Assembly (NCBI GenBank): GCA_026026165.1
Contig: JAPEUD010000103.1
Location: 1-64,000, forward strand
From: Sarea resinae
Taxonomy: Eukaryota
DNA: 64,000 nt
Reading direction: 5' to 3'
Every line of letters starts with the position of its first letter. Position 1 is the stretch's first letter. The notes under the pieces are model-generated. The model was not told where the DNA came from. It worked only from the letters and a program-made list of their open reading frames with translations, and did no database searches. The position numbers and the translations under genes are program-made. Positions 27,249 to 39,040 of the stretch are shown here, piece after piece.

Positions 27249-28340
27249 TCAGTCTACATCCGGCACAGGAAGGCCATCTAACAATTCGACTTTTCGCCCC
27301 AGAGCTCTCAAAGCCTCCATAGATCTCTCGCACCGCAAATCAAAGGACTCTTTCTCCGAGATCAAGACGAAGTCATAAGTAAGCAGTGGCGAGCCCGGCT
27401 TCACGTCGTACTTCTTTGCAGTCTCGGCGTCTACTACTGAATAGTCGACGATTAACGAGTTCTTGACGCCAAAAACTGCGTCGGACGTCTCGTATGGGTC
27501 ACCGCGGATGTAGAGGGCTCTATTTTAGATGCGTTCAGAGGGAAGATCTTTTGGAAGAGTGACGGGAGAACATACGTGATAAGATGATCCCAGCCAGGTT
27601 TTTGGAACATGAAATGCATATGGGCCGGCCTGTATGCATGTCGGTGGAGCTTCAGTAGAAGCTTACCCACAGGACCATCGTGCGGAATGGGATACGAAAC
27701 GGGCTTGATGGCTTTGAACCAGAAAATACCATCTTTGTCGCTCTTCATCACGCAGCGCCCATCTGGTCCCTCCCTATCTGCATACTGGACGTCATAATGT
27801 CCTGAGGAATCCGTTTCCCAGATGTCGATCTTAACCCCTTCAATCGGTTCTCCGTGCTTGTCTTTGACATTGCAAACAACCAGACATGGCTCGCCTTTTG
27901 GATCATGGGTCATCGTTTCTCCATTTGCCATATCTTCCGCTTCATGAGAGTGAAAGGGACCAAGGACTGAGCCTTCAGTGGAGTGTGGGGGCTTGGGGTG
28001 GTCGATGGAGTCAACGAGTAGGGAAAGGCCAAGGATATCAGATAGGAGAATGAATTCCTTGGGCGAATTAGCTCCTGCAGCGTACGAGCTGAACGTCGCA
28101 TACCTGTCGAACATCGCTACAGATCTGTCCAGTCGCCGTCAAAAATTCCAACGCCGTCATCCATTCCTTCGTGCTCAAGCGGGTCTCTCGTGCAAAATCG
28201 TGAAGATGAGTAACCAGCCTTTCCAAAAGATACGTAAGCCGTCGATCCGGACTTTGCGAGTTGATGATGATAGTGTTCTCGGTGATATTGTCAATATTCA
28301 AGTCCTTCATAGGAGGAAGGTTGACCTTTGAGGGATCCAT
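27249..28340 (-). CDS. Intradiol ring-cleavage dioxygenase (catechol/hydroxyquinol 1,2-dioxygenase; 2 introns)
   Basis: LHDFARETRL, RQEFILLSDILG, TEGSVLGPF, GHYDVQY, YPIPHDGPVG, RPAHMHF (Fe ligands), SDAVFGVK. Confidence 0.93.
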
Positions 28341-29045
28341 CCTTGATATCCGATGAATTCAGCACTTTCGTCTCATGCAGTTCAAGACGATTTTGGGACT
28401 GAAGGGTCGGGAGAGAGTAAAGTTTTTATAACAAGGGCCGTTCGGTCCATCGATCCCGCTTCGGATCCCAAAGCAGACCTTGCAGCGGGGAAGCGTCCGA
28501 TAATTGAATGAACATGATTGAGGGCGCCTAACAATGCTCGAGGCCATAGAGAGAGCTCAGGACTAATTCGAGAAGCCCCAAGTACCGCCCGAGATATGGC
28601 TACCCCACCCTCGTCGGACGCCTGCTCGGCACTTGGTCGTTAGTGTACGGAGGAGGGATCGCGGGGAACTTGCACCCATGGATAGGGCGGAAATCGCGGG
28701 CAGTTTAGCGAAAACCCTCCCACCGCTCGCGAGTCACTACCTTACTGTACTCCGGAGTGGAAGCAATGTGGGGAGAATCATCGAACTGACGACGAAGGTA
28801 TGTAGACTTTGTACTTTATTGAGCTACATATGGTATATTGGAACCACTACCTAGCACACAGAATAGCCGTCTGCTGATAGAAAGCGCTCACTCTCGTTTC
28901 ACCGTCGCTTCAGCTAAACAGAGGTATCTAAACATGTCAAGGAGGAAATAGCTATCGTACAGCACGGGGGTGCTAGAGATGTGCAAATGAAAAGAACTTG
29001 AATGAAATCGATGCGGCCGCGCGTCTGAAACATTGCGAATGACGG

Positions 29046-30795
29046 TCATTTCTTTGCTTTGGAGTCTCCGTTGCTGATGGTGTTGCCGTTACCGTGGTGC
29101 ACCTCCTCGTTTCCTTTCGACTCACCCAGTGCTCCCTCCTCGCCAGGTTCTTTGTCGGCTTCCTGGACAGCCCCAGAGCTCGTCAGGCCTACAGACGTAT
29201 CCCTTGCTTCTCCTGGCTCATCCTGACCGTCTTCATGGGCCTCTGAATTTGAACCCTCGTGCGGCTCTTCCTCTCCATCGCCAGTCAATTCTTCTTCTTG
29301 GACATCCTTCCAAGAACACTTCGCATGTTTCTTCGTGCATCCAGTACAAGCAGTGAGATTCTTCAAGCAGTCCATATGCAGTCGCCTGCAACGGTCACAC
29401 GGAGGAATGATCCGATCTCCCCTTGCCAAATGCTCCATCCTTGCTACCATCTCTACTTTGAATGGTCCGCCGTCGTCTCTCTCGACGACCGGCCTAGGGG
29501 GAGGCGGTAGAGCCGGTGGGGTAGCCGAGAGAGGGACCGGAGATGCCGAATTAAGAAGAACTGTGGCGTACTCACTGGCGTCAAAGCCTTTCGAAGGAAG
29601 TGCTGAAGTGGATGTTACAGGGGCCGGATCAATAGAGAGACGCGACGAGAATGATGAGCGTCTGTGATCGACTTCCGGATTGCCGATACTTCGACCCCTT
29701 GTAGCGAGAAACTTAGTTAGAAGTTCGGCGTGAGTAGCCGGAGAAGCTCCACTCGTTGCTTCCGCATGTGCCATGTCCGAGCCATGACTGATATCATCGA
29801 GGTTACTGAGTCGTCGCGTGTTCACAGCTACAAAGCCGGACGGCGGAGTATGAGAACGTCGAGATGTAACACCTGCAGAATGGCCATTTGAGCGGCCCGG
29901 CGCTGGGGGGCTGACAGAACGTGCCGGATTTCGACCATTGTTGAGGGCCTCGTTCGTGCGTCTGCTCATGATGGCTATTTTTCGGTTCTTGAGCCGATGA
30001 TTCAACTGCCTAGCGCGAGCGGAAACTACCAAAAGTTATTGTGATGTTCATACGCTGGATACCAGATTCTGCCGAGTGCTGCTCATGAAGAACTCCGACA
30101 TGGAGAAGGACGGGGAACCAACCTTGATCCGCTAGCTGAACAATATGGGACAAGTTTTTCTCCAATATCTCCAGCGTGCCAAGTTCTTTCTCCTCGTCCT
30201 CCGTAATGGGCTGCGGAGGGATCAGTTTCTGTGGCATGCCAGAAGAGATCAAAACATAATCTTCCTCGGAGATTTCTACTCGACTCTGTTTTGTGTAAAA
30301 TTGACAGACCCGCACCCCGTCCCTCATTTGTCCAAGGGTAAATTGCTCGGGTTTGCTTCTTGCGAATTCCACCACATCAAGCCAAGTAACAGCTATGCCA
30401 TCTTTTCCATGACTTTTCAGTACTTTGGGAGGACCATCAAACAGTCGTTCGAAACGCTTGATGAGAATTGGTCCAAGTGGGCGAGCCCCCATGTTGACGG
30501 CCATGCTTTCATGCCTCTGCAGCACTCCGTCATATTCGCCGATCAACGTCAAGATTGTCTGCAGATTGTCCTCGCCAGACACGAGAGGCAGGTCGTCGGA
30601 GTATTGCCGCACCAGATAATTTATCTGTAGGTGGTTTGGCTGCGTCTTTATCGTCTTTGTTGGAGGCACTGTCTGAGCATGCTGGTCATCGCATGGACTT
30701 CTTTTGCGTTTCCCAGCTGAAGAAATACTAGCAGAAGGGCGTCTTCCCTCGGATAGTCTTTCATTGCTGGACTCCATTGTGACTGACGCGGACAT
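29046..30795 (-). CDS. Conserved fungal protein with C-terminal Zn(II)2Cys6-like cluster (intron 30026-30122)
   Basis: CDRCRRLHMDCLKNLTACTGCTKKHAKC fits C-x2-C-x6-C-x6-C-x2-C-x6-C; NLS-like KRKR near the N-terminus. Confidence 0.75.
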
Positions 30796-31323
30796 GCGGT
30801 TGGCGCTACATCAGTCGTACAGCGCGGCAGCCGGTGGAAGGGGACGGCGGAACGCGTGGCGGCGCGAGTCACCAAATGTTGCTGGAGCTTTGGATTACCG
30901 CACTAGAGCGGGTAATCAGCACGTTGAATGCGGCTTCATCTGACAGAAAGAAATAAATCATCGACCGCCTTTCAGAATATTGAAGCAGTGAAGACGAACT
31001 GGTCCGGGGCACCGCCGGCGGAAAGGCGAGGTGGGGGGTGGAGAAGCACGGGATGGGGAATGGAAGCGCAAGTTCCGACGATTCGGAGGACTTCCGTCGC
31101 CACGGCGCTGCTTCCGTTCGCTACTGCGCGGCCGCCGTAGACGGATGTACTCCGTACCTCCCTCTGACGGCGGGGGCGAGATCCTTCCGTCGCTTGACGC
31201 TGGACGGGACAGAGTAGGGCGGATCATCAGAGCAAAAGAAACCAAACCTGATTTGCAGAACCGAACAGCGACCACACACCGACGCCACATCTTGTTGACT
31301 GACGCGTCGCCGCATGCTCTCAT

Positions 31324-31839
31324 ATGTCCGAACGGGGTAGCTTTCGCGGCGGTGGCCGGGGTGGTGGTAGGGGAGATGGAGGGCAGAGGGGCGGACGTGG
31401 AGGAGGAGGACCTCGCGGTGGAGGTCACGGCGGAGGCCAGCAGGAACGTCCGAAGAAGGAAAACATCTTGGACCTGACCAAGTATATGGACAAGGAGATT
31501 ACCGTCAAGTTCAATGGAGGCAGAGAAGGTATACTGAGACGATTTCGGACCACGCATCGGAGACTGGGCTAACTAGCTCGTTCAACACAGTGATTGGCAC
31601 ATTGAAGGGGTACGACCAGCTGATGAACCTGGTATTGGACGACGTGAAAGAGTTGATGAGAGGTATGGCGACGGATCCATCTTGCGCACTCGAAGCTAAC
31701 GGGATCGCTAGATGACGAAGGTAATGAATCATCTCGTCCGCTTGGGCTCATTGTCGCACGAGGCACGCTCCTTGTTCTGATCTCCCCGGTCGACGGGAGT
31801 GAAGAGATTGCAAACCCTTTCGTGCAGCAGGAAGAATGA
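31324..31839 (+). CDS. LSM7: U6 snRNA-associated Sm-like protein Lsm7 (2 introns)
   Basis: RGG-rich N-terminus, then KKENILDL.KYMDK.I.VKFNGGRE|VIGTLKGYDQLMNLVLDD...LGLIVARGT...EEIANPF. Confidence 0.96.
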
Positions 31840-32175
31840 AGACGATGGCTCGCAAGAACATCGGGAGCACTACTATCACTGGACTTGGCTGAGCAGGGAC
31901 TGGCTGCTTATTCAGAGGGATGCGGGTGTTTCCAGTGAGCACTTTGATCTGGCAGCTTAAGCTGTGACGGAATAGCCAGACGCCTCTCTTGAGAATGGCC
32001 TCATGATCAATAACGAACAAAAAAAGAGAAAAAGTTGATTCCAATTACAGTAGCGTTCCACCGATCGACTATCTAATTAAACTCATGCAAACACCCAGGG
32101 TATTGGGGTTCGAGTTGATGATCATCTCTGAAGCTTATCCCATTCCATTCTAATTCCAGTGAGACCTGCCTTAGT

Positions 32176-33637
32176 TCAAAGCTCCTTCTTCCAGAAATGC
32201 TCCTGCAGCTCAAAATCAGTGGGCGTTATGCGAAGCGGACTCTTCTAACTCACAGGCTTATGGCTGGTCTCGTAGTCCACATGGACATAGGCCCTCTCCA
32301 CCAGTGGTAGGCTCTCAAGCTTGATTTGGAGCTCTTCAGCGACATCATGGGTATCTTTGAGTGATTCACCAGGATTCATGACGATGTCTACCTCCACAAT
32401 CATCCGCGGTCCGCTATGATATGCTCGGACTGTGTCGATGGCGGAGATCCTAGGAGAGTGCGTCATGGCTGCGACGTATTAGTACTGTCTCTTCATACAG
32501 GCTCTCAAGCTTACATATATAAGTTATCAGCTGCTGCGTCTGCGTATCGGCACTAACACCGATGAGCAGTTGGAATTCGGCATATGCTGTCCGCAACCAG
32601 AGTACAACGATCAAGCAAGATAAGATGATGGCCCCCATCGGATCAATCCACCACCGGAGCTTACTCCCTCCAACAGAAGTGAGGATACCGAAGCCGTTGA
32701 TGAACAGATCGTTACGATGATCTTCCCACAATATCCGCACCTGAGAATATATATCGCGCAAAGCCCAACAGTAGCAAAATAGAGCCAACTTCGTGACAAA
32801 GGCGATGGCGACTGCGATAACGGACGGCAAGTGAAACGAACTTGTGGCACTATTGGACCCATCTGCCAACTCCTTTGCAGACATGACAATCAAAATCAAA
32901 GAGACGGCAGTCATGAGGAAGCAGAAGACGATGTTGCCAGCTGTCTCAATTCTGGCCTTGCCGGACGGGAATTTCCTCGTGTCCACTCTGTTCACGGCGC
33001 GGTTCGAGAGAATGAGCGTGACGTTCGAAAGCGGATCAAAAAGAGCGTCAGCCATGGTCGTGAAAAGGGACAGAGATCCCGAAGAGACGGCTCCGTAAAC
33101 CTGCAGCGCAGCTAGTAGCAAGTTCGCCGCGAAGCTCGCGTGAACGGCGATCTTGAACTTTAGCTGTGTATCATCTTGTCCGGCCTTCGCCTCGCGTCTG
33201 TGCTCGTCGACGGGTTTGAGTAGCCGCTCGATGTTCTCATTTTGAGATTCGTAGAATCCTTGGATCTTCTTCGCCTGTCTGGCCTTCTGGTTCGTTAAAA
33301 CCGGCCCACAGCCATCTCTCTTGCGAGATGTATTGGCGCGAATGAGATCGATCTCGCTTGGAGATTTCATCTTCGCTGAGAGGTGATACGGGTCATTCTC
33401 CGGCGTATATCGTGGAGGTCGCTGGCCTTCGAGGTCAGCAGACTCCGAGTGGAGGGTCGGATATCTCGAAATTGGTTCATCGTCTGGAAGTTGCATGGCT
33501 TGAACCCCCGTGCTCTTGGCGTCTCTACTGGTACTGGAGTCTGCTTCGGGAGTGACGGCCTCTGACCGCTGCGGATGAAGATGAAAGGGGTGAGGATGAA
33601 GGCTGATGGCAGTGCTGGGGTCTGGTTGAAGTGCCAT
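32176..33637 (-). CDS. Cation diffusion facilitator, Mn-CDF (MTP8-like) clade (2 introns)
   Basis: FYESQNENIERLLKP, SLSLFTTMADALFD, WEDHRND, WWIDPMGAI, RAYHSG, HDVAEELQIKLESLP.VERAYVHVDYE. Confidence 0.92.
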
Positions 33638-33977
33638 CGTGAACGGATATTTATGCAGCGAGAGATATAAAGGACAGGTATGAGGATGTGCGTTCAAGAG
33701 AGTGTCCGGGAGTAGTAGCAGAGCGCTGCAGTGCTACTGTACACAGGGTATCAAGTGTACAGCGACTGCGAAGGATCGAGAGTGCATAGAGGCGCCATAA
33801 TGCCACGGAGAGAAGAGGTTCGGGTAATTATGACGGTTGAGATAGCTGAGCTACTGATGGCGAGTCTTCGTAAGCTTCTAGGCTGCCAGGAAAAAGGAAT
33901 GAAAGCGGGCTAAGAGTAGGCCTGGAGAGCACTCCGAATAATGGTGGGCATGGTTTACGGAGTAGAATGCGTGGTGG

Positions 33978-34036
33978 GGAGAGAGGGAGAGGGAGAGGAA
34001 GAGGAAGAGGGAGAGGGAGAGGGAGAGGGAGAGGGA
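33978..34036. repeat. (GAGAGG)n purine hexamer repeat
   Basis: About 9 imperfect units upstream of the CDF gene. Confidence 0.85.
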
Positions 34037-34958
34037 GTGGAAGCGTCAGTGGCAGTGCCGTGCCAGTCGCGCGAGAGTCTTACATAAGGTCAAAAGGATG
34101 GTGCCTACCTTAACAATGCAAACATGACGGTTGACAGCTCAGGCCAGGTAGTAATTAATAAGGTAACTGCCTCCGGCCTGGAGGTGTGTGCTGGGCTGGG
34201 CTCCCATTGATAGCTCTTGATCAAAAAGGGAAGCGAGCTCTCCCTCCAGGGCGCGCTACTTGGATCCGTACTGCGTAGGATCTTTTCACAGTCACCGTGG
34301 GTGCCTTCCTTCCAGGTCTCTTCCGAGCTTGCCTGATCGCCTCTTGCCTATCGCCTATCGCCGAGTACCTTAGGTCTTCGTATTTGGGCCCACGGCTTGC
34401 GTAGATCCGGGTACTCAGGTACTGGATTAGGTAATACTAAGGTACCCAGAGAACCCCCATGCACATCTGGAGTCCTCAGACCGATCTACCACGACAGAAT
34501 ACGACAGTATGAATACCCCGTCCTGGCGACGACGGGAATAGGCAGCAGCATCTTGATGGATATCTGCACCAGGTTGGGCAAAGAGACATCCATGGATCCA
34601 TTGCTTAGATGAACCAAGCACAAGGTCATGACTCAATGAGCTTGCGCAAGACGAGGCTCTGTAGAGTACTCTATGGAGGCAGTAGGTAGCCAGCGGCGGT
34701 GCATCTTATCCCGCACTATGACGTTGCATGCTAAATGCATACAGTACCTAGGTAGGTACCTACCTGGTAGCTAATGTGTAAGGCACCTACTCCGAGCACA
34801 GCATCTGTCAACGACGCGACGACGCAAATTCTTCGACTGGGTTGCTATTCATTCAATGCGAGTCCGATCATCAGGGACAGCCCCAGCGCCGTGATATCGC
34901 TCAACGCCATACAACGTAGTAGAAATCCCCAAACCCCCAAACCATCCTTTCATGCCAA

Positions 34959-35960
34959 TCATAACTGTTCTTGCAACCTGTACTGTTCATCTTGAAGCAT
35001 GACTTCCTTGCCCGTCGGCCCAAAATATCGCCGGAATGTCTCATTCAGCAACGATTCACTCAGTTCCATGTGATCACCCTTTGCGGTCAGGAACTCCAGT
35101 CTGCCCTCCTTGTCCAGAGCCTTCAGCCCGAGCCAATCCTCTCCGTAAATATCCCTTTCCCTCAAAGGTGTCACCTTGCCCGTCGTGGCATTGACCTCCG
35201 CAAACCACGCCGTCTCTTTCGGGATGACCGTAGTATCCTCACTGAAGGCAAACATCACGAACCTCTCCAATGTACTCAGATTTTTCTTGTACGTCGTGTT
35301 TTTCGAATTGCGCTCATTGTTGATGTCAGCCAGAAAATTGGAATGTTCCAGGTATGTCTCCAGATCATCAGCGTCACGGTAATACTGCGCAGGGACTACA
35401 CGGCTCTGCACAAAATCACTCCAAGTATTCGATTTCAGCAGACCCAAGGCCCCGCGACAGACAAAGTCGGTCGCGCCGCACGACCTGAAATCCCGGATCC
35501 CGTTATGCTGGCTGCCGAATGTGACCAAGGTGCGTACCGGGGGAGAATTGCAACGCTCGATATAGGCACGCAGGAATTGGCCACCCTGCGAGAAACCGAG
35601 GGCATTGATGGCGGGCGCTCTGGACAGGATCGGATTGGAGGCGAGGTCAGAGCATACTTGGTCAACCTGGAGCGTCACGTTGCCGAAGAACGTGGCGGTT
35701 CGATCAGAGCCAGGATCGCTATCCAGGCGAATATTGTAAACGAAGGTGTTAGGATAGATTTCCTGCGCGAGGTCGCCCACAGCGAGAAGACCATCTGCTT
35801 GGTAGTTGTCACCTAGACCGTGCCAGATTACAAGCGGCAAGGGCGCTTCGGAGCTGGAGGTGATGGGGTGGCGGGATGGGAGGGCGGAGGCAAGGGCTCC
35901 GGTGGCCAACGTCAGGCAGAACAGCACCTGCACCTGCACCTGCACCGAAGACAGCATCAT
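34959..35960 (-). CDS. Palmitoyl-protein thioesterase (PPT1-like), intronless, with signal peptide
   Basis: PLPLVIWHGLGD, GFSQGGQFLR (nucleophile Ser), FGSQHNG, FLADINNE, DWLGLK.LD, GDHM. Confidence 0.93.
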   Translation of the reverse strand: MMLSSVQVQVQVLFCLTLATGALASALPSRHPITSSSEAPLPLVIWHGLGDNYQADGLLAVGDLAQEIYPNTFVYNIRLDSDPGSDRTATFFGNVTLQVDQVCSDLASNPILSRAPAINALGFSQGGQFLRAYIERCNSPPVRTLVTFGSQHNGIRDFRSCGATDFVCRGALGLLKSNTWSDFVQSRVVPAQYYRDADDLETYLEHSNFLADINNERNSKNTTYKKNLSTLERFVMFAFSEDTTVIPKETAWFAEVNATTGKVTPLRERDIYGEDWLGLKALDKEGRLEFLTAKGDHMELSESLLNETFRRYFGPTGKEVMLQDEQYRLQEQL

Positions 35961-36597
35961 GACGAGCACTGGACGATACTAGGTAATGAGGACCTGTCGT
36001 TGTTGGTTTTGTTCTTTGTACAAGACGCGCTCGACGTGTACGAGAAGACGGATGTTGGGGTAGGCTATGATGTCTGTGAAGCCCTGACATCCATCTGCTG
36101 GCGTCCACGGTTCACGGTTCTCGGTTTAGGGTGTTCGGGGTTCCTTGTTGGGTCGAGCCCTCAGCCAGTGACATTTCGATTACCCGGCACGGACAACTTT
36201 TGGCAGCATGACGTATCGAAACACAAGGCCGAGGGACATCGCGTCGGCCTGAAAGCTGTCGCAACCGTTCTTTGTTGAGTGTATGATATGAGCAATTCAA
36301 CCTCAGGGAAGTTCGGCGATGGAGTGGTTGAGGGTAATCTGTATTGATCATTCTGAACGTCGTGGTGGTGCATCTATGCTTGAAAGTTCATGTTCTGACA
36401 TCTTCCGTCAAAAAGACCCTAGATGTCGTGCTTATGACCCTAGAACTCTCCTCTACCTTCGAGTACCTTGCTGCGCTGTAAGCTAAAGACGTTGATCTAT
36501 GGGGTTCGAGTCGAAGCAACGTGCTTCCGATGTCATTTCTAGATGTTTTGCCAATGACTTGATTTCCTGAGGCTCTCCGATTCCAGTCTCATTTGAG

Positions 36598-38650
36598 ATG
36601 AAGCTCCTGCGACATGCGCTCTCAGCGGCCGTCGTGAGCGGACTCGCAAGCTCCGTCTTTGCAAGCGAACCTCAAGCTCCCCTCGCCGCCAACACAGGCC
36701 ACAAAAAGGCCTCTGATAGACCAAATATTGTATTCATTTTGACAGATGATCAGGACCTCCAATTGGACTCGCTAGCGTATCAGCCTCTGGTCAAGAAGCA
36801 TCTACTTGATCGTGGCACATTCTACGCGCATCATTACTGTACGATTGCTGTATGCTGTCCTTCACGGGTCAGCTTGTGGACAGGCAAGGCCGCTCACAAC
36901 ACCAACGTCACCGATGTCAATCCGCCGTATGGTAAGTAGATGAGCGCAAACAATCCGTTGTGATCACAGAGATCAGGAACTTATCCTCGGCATTAATAGG
37001 CGGATACCCGAAATTCATAAGCCAAGGACTGAATGAAGATTACCTTCCAGTATGGCTACAGCAGGCAGGATATAATACCTACTATACCGGAAAGCTATTC
37101 AACTCGCACAACGTTCAAAACTATGATAAACCGTTTCCTGCCGGATTCACGGGCTCGGACTTCTTGCTTGACCCTTTTACGTATCAGTATCTCAATAGTA
37201 CCTTTCAACGGAATCAAGATACGCCCCGGAGCTACGAAGGCCAATATCTTACAGATGTTTTGGCTAGCAAAGCATACGGCTTTCTAGATGATGCGGTGGA
37301 AGATGGGAAGCCTTTCTTCTTGACTGTTGCTCCGGTCGCACCCCACAGCAATGTGCGGTTTTCGGAGGTAGGAGATGGCCCCATTAAGGAACTGATGTTC
37401 CAGATGACAGCCCCTATTCCTGCAAAAAGACATGAACACCTGTTCGATGATGTCGTTGTGCCACGAGGTGCGAGTTTCAATCCAGAAGAGGTATTAAACT
37501 TCTACCATTGCTCTCTAAGTTTCTTCCTATTAATGACCATTCAAGCCACATGCTGTGAACTGGATTCGAGACTTGCCACGCCTAAATCAGACCAACGTTC
37601 AGTACAACGATCATTTCTACCGATCCCGTCTCCGCACGCTGCAAGCAGTCGACGAAATGGTGGAAGGCATTATTGAACGCCTAAATCATCATGGCATTCT
37701 AGATAACACCTATATCATTTATACCTCGGACAACGGATTCCATATCGGACAGCACAGACTGCAGCCCGGAAAGGAGTGCGGCTTCGAAGAGGATATCAAT
37801 GTCCCTCTGATCATTCGTGGCCCGGCGGTTCTCGAAGGGGTGACTACTGATGTAGTTACAACACATACTGATCTGGCTCCTACTATATTAAGTCTGTTCG
37901 GCATAGAAGCCAGAAAAGATTTTGATGGCATCGCTATTCCCCTCACGAAGAAAGGACTCGAAATTGCCACACAACAAAGACATGAACATGTGAACGTAGA
38001 ATATTGGGGATTTGCAATGGGAGAAGGGGAATACGGTTTCCGTAAGCAGGGAAACTTCTCCAGTACCTACAATCATTTCTTGAGGGTCGAAAGTTCTGAA
38101 GCTAATGTTGGATAGCGGGTGTCCATCTCAACAATACATATAAGGCTCTTCGCGTTGTTGCTCCTCGATATAGCCTCTATTATTCAGTGTGGTGCAATAA
38201 CGAGCACGAGCTCTATGATCTTCAGGTAGGCCTCTCGCCAAAGCTGGAATGCTTTACTGGGGAAGAAGTAATCTGACTGTAGGTGATCATTAGACCGACC
38301 CTCATCAAGTCAACAACCTCATACCCTCTGGGGGTCAGTCTTGGCACGCGACCAATGTCACCATCCTAGATCTACCCCTGCATACGGTCGTTGCACGACT
38401 CGATTCCTTACTCCTAGTCCTCAAGTCCTGTAGAGGCGAAAGCTGCATCAAGCCCTGGCAGGTGCTTCATCCTGCTGGAGATGTTTCTACGTTGGAAGAG
38501 GCACTGGATCCGCGGTTCGATATGTTCTACGGAATGGAGCAGACCAAAGTAGCATTCAGTCGATGTGAGCAGGGATATATCCTCGATGCAGAAGGTCCGC
38601 AGGAAGCGTTGATGTATCGGGACGGATTGCGTTGGGATGAATGGGTTTGA
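36598..38650 (+). CDS. Secreted arylsulfatase (Neurospora ars-1 type; 4 introns)
   Basis: Signal peptide; RPNIVFILTDDQD; CCPSR formylglycine motif; YTGKLFN; YTSDNGFHIGQH; NNTYKALR; ELYDL. Confidence 0.93.
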
Positions 38651-38786
38651 TATCATAGCTTGGCGATGGCGCAATAGTCGCCATGCTCGCAACATCCCCG
38701 CTGTTGATAGAAGAATAGGCGTGGAGGATGCACATGCCGGGTGCCGCACACGGTCGTAGCAAGGAATAGGCAACATAGCCGAGGGG

Positions 38787-38822
38787 CCTCCAGCACCTCC
38801 AGCACCTCCAGCACCTCCAACA
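38787..38822. repeat. (CCTCCAGCA)x~4 tandem repeat
   Basis: Direct 9-mer repeats in the intergenic DNA. Confidence 0.85.
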
Positions 38823-39040
38823 CGGCGAAGACGGTGATCCGTCTGCCAGCCCCTGCAGCTCTGTAATTCCCAGCCAATTGGAGAATCCGGGTTGCGACAC
38901 TCAGTAGAATGCAGTGCGCTCTTGCTTGCCGATGTCGTGCTTTAGTTTGCGTGCGGTGGGCTGAAGCATTGTCCGCGATGGGTTGACTCCATGGGGATCA
39001 TCTCTCTCGTTCTTGCGAGCAGCTACCTGATTGAGCCAAT

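Noticed and set aside
34971..35816. Long antisense or overlapping ORFs (this 281-aa one; also 21610-22380, 54919-55773, 59618-60265)
   Set aside because: They are shadows of GC-rich coding sequence on the opposite strand and carry no recognisable motifs.
36495..36520. GGTTCGAGTC tRNA T-loop-like word (similar one at ~32107)
   Set aside because: No T-stem, acceptor stem or A-box can be formed around it.
36200..36540. Cys-3/MetR sites upstream of the arylsulfatase
   Set aside because: Only partial matches (ATGACGTATC, ATGACATCGG) to ATGRYRYCAT; not distinguishable from chance.
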